Below are positions 22,140 to 31,547 of a DNA stretch of 64,000 nucleotides, in pieces. Both the position numbers and the translations under genes were made by a program. The stretch's first letter is position 1. Each line of letters starts with the position of its first letter. Source of the stretch: Thecamonas trahens ATCC 50062 (Eukaryota; Protista; Apusomonadida); NCBI RefSeq assembly GCF_000142905.1, contig NW_013657676.1, positions 372,001 through 436,000 of the forward strand, written 5' to 3'. The notes below the pieces were generated by a model that was given only the letters and a program-made list of their open reading frames with translations, did not search any database and was not told the origin of the DNA.

Positions 22140-22748
22140 ATGGCGCCGCTCAATCTCATCCCGCACAAGTCGTGGAATGTGTGGAGTGCCGCCAATCGGG
22201 CTCGGGTGGATGCGGATGAGGCGGCAGCGGCGGCAGCAGAGCGGGCGGCCGATGAGAGAGCAACACGGCTGCATGCGCACATGCATGCCGCGAGACGGGT
22301 TGATGGCCCGGCGGGCGGCGGCGGTGATGTAGGGCCGGTGACCGCCACGCTCTTTGTGCCCGAGCTGGCGCCGCCTGCGCCGCCTCGCCCGCCTCGCCCT
22401 CAAACCCTGGGCGACGAGCTAGTGCCGCCGGCGTTGCCGGCGGGCGGAGTGGGGGCCCCGGACCGACGGCGTGGAGCTCGCACGGCTGGCATCCATCGCG
22501 CCGCTGCAGCCAAGGCAAGAGGCGATCCGATGGCCCTTGTGGCTGCTCTTGCCCCGGATCTCGCTTCAAGTCTTGTGGCGAGACCTCCCCCGTCGCTTGC
22601 ACGTTCACGGTCCCGGTCGCGGTTGCGATCACGGTCGCGATCGCGGTCGCCACGTAGAAAGCGGTCGCGGAAACAGCGGCGGCAGTCCCGGCATGGTCAG
22701 CGGTCGCGGCGACGGCGGCATGTGTCGCGGCGGAGCGGCAGGGACTGA
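22140..22748 (+). CDS. LENG1: LENG1-like (Cir_N domain) protein with RS-rich tail
   Basis: MAPLNLIPHKSWNVWSAANRARVDADE matches the LENG1/Cir_N N-terminus; GDPMA; RSRS tail. Confidence 0.7.
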   Translation: MAPLNLIPHKSWNVWSAANRARVDADEAAAAAAERAADERATRLHAHMHAARRVDGPAGGGGDVGPVTATLFVPELAPPAPPRPPRPQTLGDELVPPALPAGGVGAPDRRRGARTAGIHRAAAAKARGDPMALVAALAPDLASSLVARPPPSLARSRSRSRLRSRSRSRSPRRKRSRKQRRQSRHGQRSRRRRHVSRRSGRD

Positions 22749-22767
22749 CATTGTGGGCTGTCACGGT

Positions 22768-24801
22768 TTACAGAGCGGCTTGCGCCGCGGGCGCGAGGGC
22801 ATGTACAGCAGTGAGGGCGCGGCGGGCGAGGGCATCGTCGCGGTAGTGCCAGGCAAAGACAAACTTGGACGGGTTGTCAGGCGGGATGGAGATGACGAGC
22901 GAAGTCGAGGCCGAGACAAGGCGGTTCGGTGGGTCGTGCGTCATGTTGAGCTCTGAAGCGAGGGAGGGGAGGGCGGCGAGGTGTGCGGCGACGGCGGCGA
23001 GGTCGGCATCAGCGACATGGACGTCGACAGCGACGGTCATGCCGACTTCAACCATGCCCATTTCTTGCAGAGCCGACGAGGCCGAGAGCAGGCGGGCATC
23101 GCCGACCGCGCCGGACGAGTCGCGGTCGACGAGGAGGACGCCCGAGAGCGGGATGGCCGGCCGGTCCAGAAGCTTTGCGCGCTTTGTGGCGAGCGGGGCG
23201 GCAAGCGGAAGAGGGGCGGCGTCGTCGTCATTGTCGCCGTCGTTGTCGCCGTTGGCAGCAGCGTAGCTCGGCAGGCGCTTGCGCTTGGACGAGAGCGAGG
23301 CGGCGACGAGGTCAGACTCGAGGTCAATGACCAAGTGCGGCGTGGTGGTGAGGGTCAGGGTCTCGCCGTTGGGCGGATTGTAGGCCGGCAAGTTGAACGA
23401 GGAGCGGATCTTGTCCTTGAGAAAGTTCATCTTGCGGCGTTCGCCATGGACGAGGACCACCGACTCGGGCTGGCACTGCGAGATGAGCTGCAGGATGCCC
23501 TTGGCGTCAGCGTGGGCCGAGAACGAGAGCGCCGAGACTTGCATCTTGACGTCGATAACGGTCGACGCGTCGACCTCGAGCGCCTTGGTCTCGCCAGCAA
23601 GGAGCTTGGCGCCGACGGTGCCCTTGACGCAGTAGCCAGGAAGGATGACGAGGTTCTTGGGCGAGTGGGCCCACTTTTTGAAGACAGCCAGCGAGGTGCC
23701 GGCGTGGAGCATGCCTGGCGTGGCAAAGAGAACGCACGGGCCGGGCGAGTCTGCGTACGACCGGTCAAACTCGGAGATGTGGGCAAACTCGAACATGTTG
23801 CGGCGGACAAACGACTCCTTGATCTTCTGGTTGGTCCACGGAATAAAGAGCTTGTAGTACATGTTGGCCTTGGCGGTGAGGCCGGCCGAAAAGTAGATGG
23901 GGATGCCGCCGAGGCCCATGCGCTCCCAGTACGTGTCGAGGAGGATGCAAAGCTCCTGAGCGCGGCCGAGGGCAAAGACCGGGATGAGGACCTTGCCGCC
24001 GCGGGCGACGGCCTCGTGGACTTGCTGCAGAAAGTCGCCCTCACGCGCGCGCTTCGAGTCGCGGATGGTGGTAGCGTACGTCGACTCGGTGATGAGCACG
24101 GTCGGCTTGCAGAGGTCAACCCAGGCGGCGCCGAGGTGGCGGTCGGGCGTCATGTTGTAGTCGCCGGTGTAGAGGACCGAAGAGCCGCCGGCTGACGCGA
24201 GGAACATGGCGGCGCCGAGGACGTGCCCGGCGTAGTACGCCTTGAGCGAGAGGCTCTCGTCAACATGAACCGTTTCGTGCAGCGCAACTGGGATCACCTT
24301 TTTCATGCAGTTCTTGATGTCTGCCGAAGTGAAGAACTTGCGCATGCCGTGCCGCTCCACCATGATCTTGCGAAAGTCCTCGAGCAAGATGGGCGCCACG
24401 GCCTTGGTCGGCGTCGTCATGTAGATCGGACCGTCATATCCGCACATCTCGGTAAAGTACACCAGCCCGCCGCAGTGATCGAGGTGAAAGTGGGTGATGA
24501 CCACAGCGTCGATGAGGCCCGTAAAGTCGACGGCGGTCTCGCGGGCACTGTCGTTGGCTCCGGCCTCGCCCGCTGCACCTACCCCGGCCCCACTTGCGCC
24601 AACCTCGCCGCTAGCGCCCATGGCGCTCTCTCCTGCCGCATGCGGGATGAGGAAGGAAAAGTCCGGGAAGCGGCGCGAGTCGTTGTACCCCATGTGCATA
24701 CCGCAGTCGAACATGATGCGCTTGCCCGCGAGCGTCACCACCACGCACGACCGCCCCACGTCCTGCCCGGCGCCGAGCGGGAGGATCTCGATGTTGGCCA
24801 T
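22768..24801 (-). CDS. INTS11: Integrator complex subunit 11 (beta-CASP metallo-beta-lactamase nuclease)
   Basis: [63 protein letters not shown]. Confidence 0.96.
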   Translation of the reverse strand: MANIEILPLGAGQDVGRSCVVVTLAGKRIMFDCGMHMGYNDSRRFPDFSFLIPHAAGESAMGASGEVGASGAGVGAAGEAGANDSARETAVDFTGLIDAVVITHFHLDHCGGLVYFTEMCGYDGPIYMTTPTKAVAPILLEDFRKIMVERHGMRKFFTSADIKNCMKKVIPVALHETVHVDESLSLKAYYAGHVLGAAMFLASAGGSSVLYTGDYNMTPDRHLGAAWVDLCKPTVLITESTYATTIRDSKRAREGDFLQQVHEAVARGGKVLIPVFALGRAQELCILLDTYWERMGLGGIPIYFSAGLTAKANMYYKLFIPWTNQKIKESFVRRNMFEFAHISEFDRSYADSPGPCVLFATPGMLHAGTSLAVFKKWAHSPKNLVILPGYCVKGTVGAKLLAGETKALEVDASTVIDVKMQVSALSFSAHADAKGILQLISQCQPESVVLVHGERRKMNFLKDKIRSSFNLPAYNPPNGETLTLTTTPHLVIDLESDLVAASLSSKRKRLPSYAAANGDNDGDNDDDAAPLPLAAPLATKRAKLLDRPAIPLSGVLLVDRDSSGAVGDARLLSASSALQEMGMVEVGMTVAVDVHVADADLAAVAAHLAALPSLASELNMTHDPPNRLVSASTSLVISIPPDNPSKFVFAWHYRDDALARRALTAVHALAPAAQAAL

Positions 24802-25237
24802 CGTATGCGTGTGTGGGAAGCTTGAGGTAGAGAGCGGTTGTGTGGGAGGCTGAAGTTGGGTGTGGTGGGGTTTGGCTGTGGTGTTGTGTTTGTTGAGTGT
24901 GTACCGTGTCGTGAGCGAGTGGCGTCCAGTGGCTCTTGCTCCCAGCCATCAATCAGCCATCTGGCTGATGGTCGAGCATCCCTTCTCCTCCTCCCCATCC
25001 CTCCCCCCCTCCCCCCCCTCCTCCCTGATCCAGACAGTGTTCAATGTCAATCTCAGCCGCACGCATGCAGAATGTCTTTGCAGGCTATTATGTCAAAGAC
25101 CATCGTCACCCAACCCGTCTGTCTGATGAGGCTAAACATCCGGTCGGACATCTGAAGGCAGGAAGAATGGCTTTCCAACTTTCTCGGCTCGCCACCCGTC
25201 TCTCTCCCCTTTCCCTCCCGACCACACACACACACAG

Positions 25238-26852
25238 ATGAAGGCACTTATTCTTGTTGGTGGCTTTGGTACTCGCCTGCGTCCGCTCACTCTCTCCGCG
25301 CCCAAGCCGGTGGTTCCTTTTGCTAACAAGGAAATCGTCCTGCACCAGATTGAGGCACTTGTTAAGGTACGTCCCCCCCCCCCTGTGTTGGCGTTATGTG
25401 GGGAGGTGTGGGTGCTGGTGGTCGGCGACGCGCTTTGGGCCTGCCGTCGATCCACGTCACAGGCAGAGTCCACAACGACCGTATGCGTATGGGGCGCACA
25501 TAAAGAGTACTATGGGAGATAGGTTGCTAGAGGGCGAGCTACTTACATAGACTGTACGCGTGTACAGGCCGGTATCGATGAGGTTGTCCTCGCCGTCAAC
25601 TACCAGCCCGAGAAGATGATGGAGGCTTTCCCGAGTGCAAGTGAAGAGGGGGAAAGGGGAGGGGAAAGGGGAGGGGATGGAGAAAGAGTGGAGAAAGAGG
25701 GGAGGGGAGGGGCGGGGAGGAGGGGGAGACAGACATGGGGGAATCGGGTGAAGGGGTTGGTGGAGAATGGCACGACTTGGGTGGCTTTGTCGGAAGGAGG
25801 AAGGGAGGGCGGCGGAGGCGTGGGCACGGGAGGTGGTGGTAGGTCAGTTTTGGAGTAGCCTGCCAAGCCAGCCCCCCCCCCCTTCTGGGGGGGGGGGAAG
25901 TCTGCCACGACTCACAGCAAGCCCGACATGGGTGGGCGGCAAACTACAGCTCGGCATTCGCATCTCGACCTCGCTGGAAGAGGAGCCGCTCGGTACGGCT
26001 GGCCCGCTCAAGCTGGCGGAGAGCATTCTGGGCTCGGACGGCGAGCCGTTTATTGTGCTCAACTCTGACGTGATCTGCACGTTCCCGTTCGAGGAGCTCA
26101 TTGCCTTCCACAAGGCGCACGGGAAGGAGGGCACGATCATGGTGACCAAGGTGGAGGAGCCATCCAAGTATGGAGTCGTTGTGTCGGACGGCGATGGCAA
26201 GATCGAACGGTTCGTGGAGAAGCCGCAGGTCTACGTGGGCAACCGCATCAACGCCGGCATCTACATTTTCAACCCGGCCATTCTGGAGCGCATCCCGCTG
26301 GCGCCGACCTCGATCGAGAAGAAAATTTTCCCGGTCATGGCCGATGAGGGCCAGCTGTACTGCATGGACCTGCCGGCGTTCTGGATGGACATTGGCCAGC
26401 CGCCTGACTACCTCAAGGGCATGGTCATGTACCTCTCCGCGCTGGCCTCGGGTGACGTCTCGGGCGAGGGCCCGTCCGGCGCTACCTTCGTCGGCTCGCT
26501 GGTCGAGGGTGATAACTTTATCGGTCCTGTCTTTATGCACCCGGACGCCGTCGTCGACGAGACCGCCCTCGTCGGGCCGAACGTCGTCATCGGCCCGGGC
26601 TGCTCTATCGGTGCCGGCGCACGCGTCCAGCGCACCACTCTGCTCGCCGGCGCAAAGGTCAAGGCCCACGCCTGGGTCAAGTCCTCCATCATCGGCTGGA
26701 ACTCCACCGTCGGCCGCTGGGCCCGCCTCCAGAACATCTCGGTCCTCGGCGAGGACGTCAAGATCACCGACGAGCTCTACATCAACGGCGCCCGCATCCT
26801 CCCGCACAAGACCATCAAGGACGACATCCCCACCCCGTCTATCGTTATGTAG
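25238..26852 (+). CDS. GMPPB: Mannose-1-phosphate guanylyltransferase (GDP-mannose pyrophosphorylase); exons 25238-25366, 25568-~25640, ~25950-26852
   Basis: [47 protein letters not shown], hexapeptide repeats. The exon 2/3 junction is not resolved. Confidence 0.93.
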
Positions 26853-27086
26853 TCCGTGTCTCCATCCCACTGGCCTTCCCCCTCGTCCCTGTCCTGTCCC
26901 AGCCGGGTCGGTCAATGAAGTACTCGCCCCCTTCCGTCCCCCCCCCCCACCCTTTGCTGCCGCTCCCCGCGAAAGCTCGCCTCGTTTCCGACCGTTCACA
27001 CTCCGACCCGCCGCACAGCTCCGCTGGCTCCAGCTCCAGCCCCAACAACCGCACCTCTTCCCCACCCCACTCTCTTCATCTTCATC

Positions 27087-28465
27087 ATGTACGCCTACAC
27101 ATCCACATCTTGCATCTGCCAGCCACAGCGTGCCCCACACGGTTTGCCTCGTGTTTATTTACACGGTATCCATGGAAGCAGCCATAGCGCCGCCTTCTGC
27201 GTGGGTTTTGCCCTCTGGCGACGGATGGCTTTTTCTTCTGTCGTCCTTCCCTGCCCGACGCAAGTGGGTATTACCCTCGTGTAGATCCGCTCCGAGCGCT
27301 TCTTCCGAGCTAGCAAGGCGGCGACAAGCACACACATGATGCTAGGTAGTGCATGCGCTCGTTGAGCAAGCACCCCCTGCCAGTGGGAGGTTCCGCGGCT
27401 CGGACGGTGCGGCCGTTGGACGTTGGCTTTTTTTTTGGGTCGGGCGCGGCACCAAAAGGTCGCGTCGTTCCTTTCTGCGCATGCACTCACCCGCTCCCCA
27501 CTCGCTTGTGTCACAGGTCCAACCCCACCGCTGCTGCCGCCCCGGCCGACACCACCAACTTTACCACCTTTGGTAACCCGTCCGGCTACGGCTCGGCGTA
27601 CAACGCCACCGGCCCGGTCGTCGGCTCGTTCGTCGCCGGCCCGTCTGGCCCGGCCAGCGTCAACGTCCAGGAGGCCGAGACCTTCCAGAACGTCGTCGTC
27701 CGCATCCCGCACGCCGAGATCGCGCAGGTCGTCCAGGGCCCGCCGACCATCAAGCGTCGCGTCATCCCCGGCCCGGTCATCCCGCGTGTCGTGCCCGATG
27801 TCATCCCCGGCCCGGTCCGCACCGTCAAGCAGTTTGTGCCCGGCCAGATCATCTACAAGGATGAGAAGGTTGAGGTTCCCGGCCCGGTCCGCGAGCGGAT
27901 CGAGCGCGTCGAGGTTCCCGGCCCGGTCATTGAGCGCGTGGTGAAGGAGTACGTGCCCGGCCCGGTTGTGGAGAAGGAGGTCAAGGTCGAGATTCCCGGC
28001 CCTGTGACGTACAAGGACGTCAAGGTTGAGGTGCCCGGTCCGGTCATCCGTCGCCCGGTCCCGCAGCAGGTGCAGGTGCCTGGCCCGGTCCGTGTTGTCC
28101 AGCAGCGCGTCCCTGTCCCGCAGTACCACATCCGCGAGGTTGAGGTCGAGCGCAAGGTCGCCGTGCCCAAGCCGATGCAGACCAAGGCGCCGAGCATGAC
28201 CCGCCATGTGTACGTCCGCAAGACGGATAACCTGCTCATGGCCGAGAACGCGCGCCTCCGCCAGGAGATCGCGTACCTCAACTCGCTGCCGTTTGCCACC
28301 ACCGAGGAGGACAACATCATCGCCGAGCGCGTGCTCCCGATGCCCGGCTTTGGCGGCTTCGGTGCCCGCAGCAGCAGCAGGCTCAGTTCCAGTACCCCGG
28401 CGCCGCGCCGGCCCCGTACGGCTCGGCCTACCCCGGCTACGGCTTCTAAGCAGCGTCTTTGTTGA
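27087..28465 (+). CDS. Articulin/alveolin/epiplastin-like Val-Pro repeat protein; probable intron 27089-27516 splitting the ATG
   Basis: About nine (V/I)PGPV units at 12-13 aa spacing with EK/ER/KE dyads, followed by a short coiled coil; strong coding codon bias. Confidence 0.75.
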
Positions 28466-28579
28466 GCCTCCTCGGCCGTGATGACGACGATAAAACGTTT
28501 GACAAGCCTCCGCATACCCACCTTTGTTTTGCCCACCGTGCCTGCCTGTCAGCCGTGGCCACACACCTCTCGGGCGCCC

Positions 28580-29839
28580 ATGCGACACTCACTCCCCACC
28601 CCATCCCGTCGCTGGCTCCACGCCGCACTCGGAGTAGCCGCTGCTGGCCTTGCGATCCGCGGCCTGGCTGCTGTGTGGGCGCGATGGAGGCGAGCCGGCC
28701 AGGCTCGTCCAGCAACTGCAGCAGCGTGTCCACCTGCCCTTGCCGGTGCTGCGGCTGAGATCGTCCTCCCGTCGTACAACATTGCCGACGACATGGCATT
28801 CTTCACTGAAACGCTCGGCATGGTCCTGGTGCGAGTGTACCCGGCCGACGACCCGGCAACAGCCGTGGTGGCCGGCCACGGCGTGACTGTCCGCCTCCAG
28901 CGCGGCGCTGACGGCATGGCTGGCACCATGGTCCTTCGTGTCGCTGATCCAGACGCGGTGGCCGACGGCGAGCGAGCCATCTTGGCACCGAACGGATGCC
29001 GCATCAGGCTTGAGCATGCTGCGCCGCCGCTTGTTGTCCCACCCGTCCTCCCCGAGCTGGTGGTGACTCGCGCCGGTGCCACTGATGCGTGGGGAGTCGG
29101 CCGCGCTGGCATGGCCTATCGCGATCTCATCCCGTCACGGCTTGGTGGCGCGGTCATCGCCTCGCACATCCGCATTCCCGGCGGAGGCGAGGTTCCCGAC
29201 TCGGTCCACTTTCACGACGTCTCGTTCCAGCTCATCTACTGCTACCGCGGCTGGGTCGAGGTCGTCTACGAGGACCAGGGCCCGCCGTTCCGGCTAACCG
29301 CAGGAGCGTGTGTCATCCAGCCGCCACTCATCCGCCACCGCGTCCTCCGCGCATCATCTGATCTCGAGGTCATCGAGCTCGGCGTGCCCGCAGAGCACAT
29401 GACGACCATCGACCACGATCTTACGCTCCCCACCTCTGCGCATCTCCCGAAGCGGCGGTTCTCGGGCCAGGCGTTTGTCCATTTCACGCCGTCACAGGCA
29501 GTCTGGGCTCCCGCGCGCATCCCGGGCCTGGCAGCCTGCGACACCGGCGTCGCTGCCGCCACACTCGGCAAGGCTTCTGTCTCGATCGTCGCCCACCCTG
29601 CCGTCGGCGATCGCGTCACGTCGACTCCACGCCTCCACCACTCTGCCGACATTCTCTTCACCTTTGTTCTCGATGGCTCGCTCACTCTTTCCACACCCTC
29701 ACGGACAGACTCTCTCGCTGCGGGCGATGCCTTTCTTGTTCCCGCCGGCATGCCGTCCTCTCTCTGCGATCTCTCTGACGATCTGCAACTCCTCGAGGTT
29801 GCTCTCCCCGGCGTCTTTGACTCGGAGGCCGTCGTCTAG
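28580..29839 (+). CDS. Bacterial-type VOC(glyoxalase-like)-cupin-cupin protein with N-terminal hydrophobic/basic extension
   Basis: FFTETLGMVLVRVYPADDP (VOC-like). GRAGMAYRDLIPSRLGG..HFHDVSFQLIYCYRGWVEVVYEDQG..QPPLIRHRV (cupin 1). HHSADILFTFVLDGSLTL..GDAFLVP (cupin 2). Intronless. Confidence 0.85.
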   Translation: MRHSLPTPSRRWLHAALGVAAAGLAIRGLAAVWARWRRAGQARPATAAACPPALAGAAAEIVLPSYNIADDMAFFTETLGMVLVRVYPADDPATAVVAGHGVTVRLQRGADGMAGTMVLRVADPDAVADGERAILAPNGCRIRLEHAAPPLVVPPVLPELVVTRAGATDAWGVGRAGMAYRDLIPSRLGGAVIASHIRIPGGGEVPDSVHFHDVSFQLIYCYRGWVEVVYEDQGPPFRLTAGACVIQPPLIRHRVLRASSDLEVIELGVPAEHMTTIDHDLTLPTSAHLPKRRFSGQAFVHFTPSQAVWAPARIPGLAACDTGVAAATLGKASVSIVAHPAVGDRVTSTPRLHHSADILFTFVLDGSLTLSTPSRTDSLAAGDAFLVPAGMPSSLCDLSDDLQLLEVALPGVFDSEAVV

Positions 29840-29889
29840 CCCCCCTACCCCCCTGCCGTTGGAAATACCCTTGCCCTTTGATCCCGATA

Positions 29890-31547
29890 ATGTCCAGTCA
29901 CACCTGCCAGCACCTTCCATCGCCAGTCCTCGTCAATCGCTGCATGTGCCAGCCCGTCACCGCCCTCCACCACAAGCGCCTGTTGCCGACCCCCCCCCCT
30001 CCTTCCTCTCCGCACTCACAGAACCGCCCTTCCTCTCACTTGCCCAGCTGCTGGACCTTGACATTCCAAAGTCTGCCATCAAGTTCTCCACACTCACCAT
30101 GCATGCAGGTGAGTCTGTGGCTGTGGCAGGGCCAGAGAGGCTGTACATGGTGTCGGACCTGGCTGCATCGCCGCCGACGCTACGTACTTGGGCTTCGGCT
30201 GTCGACGGCGCTGTTCACAACGCTGTCTCCCATCGCATGGCTCTGCGAAAGGGTGCTACCCTCCAGGTCTTTGATATGGAGCAGAGAGCAAAGCTGGCGT
30301 CGAGCAATCTGCCCGATGTCGGCGCTTCGGGCATCTTTGCCCGCTGGCTCTCACCGGATGTGCTGGGCGTTGTGGCTGCAGGTACGCTGTTGCTGTGGGA
30401 CGTCTCGCAGCCGGGCTCCGAGCCGGTGGTCGAGACCGAGCTCGACCCACTGCTGGGTGGCTCGGTCCAGATCACCGCGCTCAAAGCTTCGCCTGACCTC
30501 GAGTACATCTGCATCGGCGGTCTCGCTGTCGTCGACGGCCACATCAACGGCGTGGCCCAATTCTACACGCGCTCCACGAGAGTCTCGGTCCCGCTCCAGG
30601 CGCACGCCTTTGAGTTCTCAACCCACCCTGAGGCACCCGACACGCCCGTCCTCATTGTGGCTGACCGCCCGCAGGGCCAGGCCGCCGGCTCGCTCTCCAT
30701 CCTCCCACTCCCGCTCGGCGACTCGGTTGCGCTCGGCGCCTCGGGCAAGATGTTCTTCTTTTCCGAGTCCGACAACGACTTTCCGGTCGCCGTCTGCGCC
30801 TCGCCTGCCCGCCGCATAGTGTACACGGTCTCCAAGTTTGGCTTTATTTTCATCAACGAGCTGGCCTCGGCCGCAACAGTGTACACCAACCGCATCTCCG
30901 ACTCGACCATCTTTGTCTCGGGCATCAACCTCGACGGCGCCTTTGTCGGTGTCAACGTCGCCGGCCAAGTCCTGTGCGTTGACCTCAACTTTGACGCCCT
31001 CGAGCAGTATGTGGCGTCGGTGCTGAACAATCCGAGCCTGCTCTCGGTCTTCTCGCCGCTCGTTGCCGCGCACCGCGCCTCGCTGGCGGCTGATGCTACC
31101 GACGCACTCACTGCTGAACCCGCGGAGCCGTGCGACGAACTCGAAACCACAGCCGAGACAACAATGGCAACCATGCTTGCTGCTGGGCTCGGCCTCGAAC
31201 CTGCCGCAAATGCCCAGGGCATGAGTGTGCTCGAGAGCGACACCAGCGCGCCGGCCATCACCAGCCTCGACCAGTTCCGCAGTGCCGTGTGCGCCGTCGT
31301 CGCCGGCGCGCTCGACGAGCCCGAGGCCGAGTGGACAGCAGCGATCAAAGTTCTGGCGACGGTCGGCTCGTCGATTGCCGGCGCCGGAGCGTGGGTGACG
31401 GCTGCAGGCACGGTTGTGCTCTCGGTGCGCGAGGCGGACGAGAGGTGGACGGGAGCTTTTGCGGCTGCGGCGGCCGAGGCTGCGGCCGGCGAGGTGGACG
31501 GTAGCGCTGTGGTGGCGGCTGCTCGCGAGCTGCTCGCGCTTGTTTAG
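29890..31547 (+). CDS. Clathrin heavy-chain terminal-domain (beta-propeller + linker)-only protein; 5' exon uncertain, main exon from 30022
   Basis: IKFSTLTM, MALRKGATLQVFDMEQRAK, NDFPVAV, VSKFGFIFINEL, YTNRISDSTIFV, GVNVAGQVLCV..YVASVLNNPSL align with clathrin heavy chain residues ~1-355. Confidence 0.85.

Noticed and set aside
25118-25162. CTGATGAG...CTGA with short terminal stem, as a box C/D snoRNA or hammerhead ribozyme
   Set aside because: Only ~25 nt between the boxes and no GAAA core after a stem II; too short to support either
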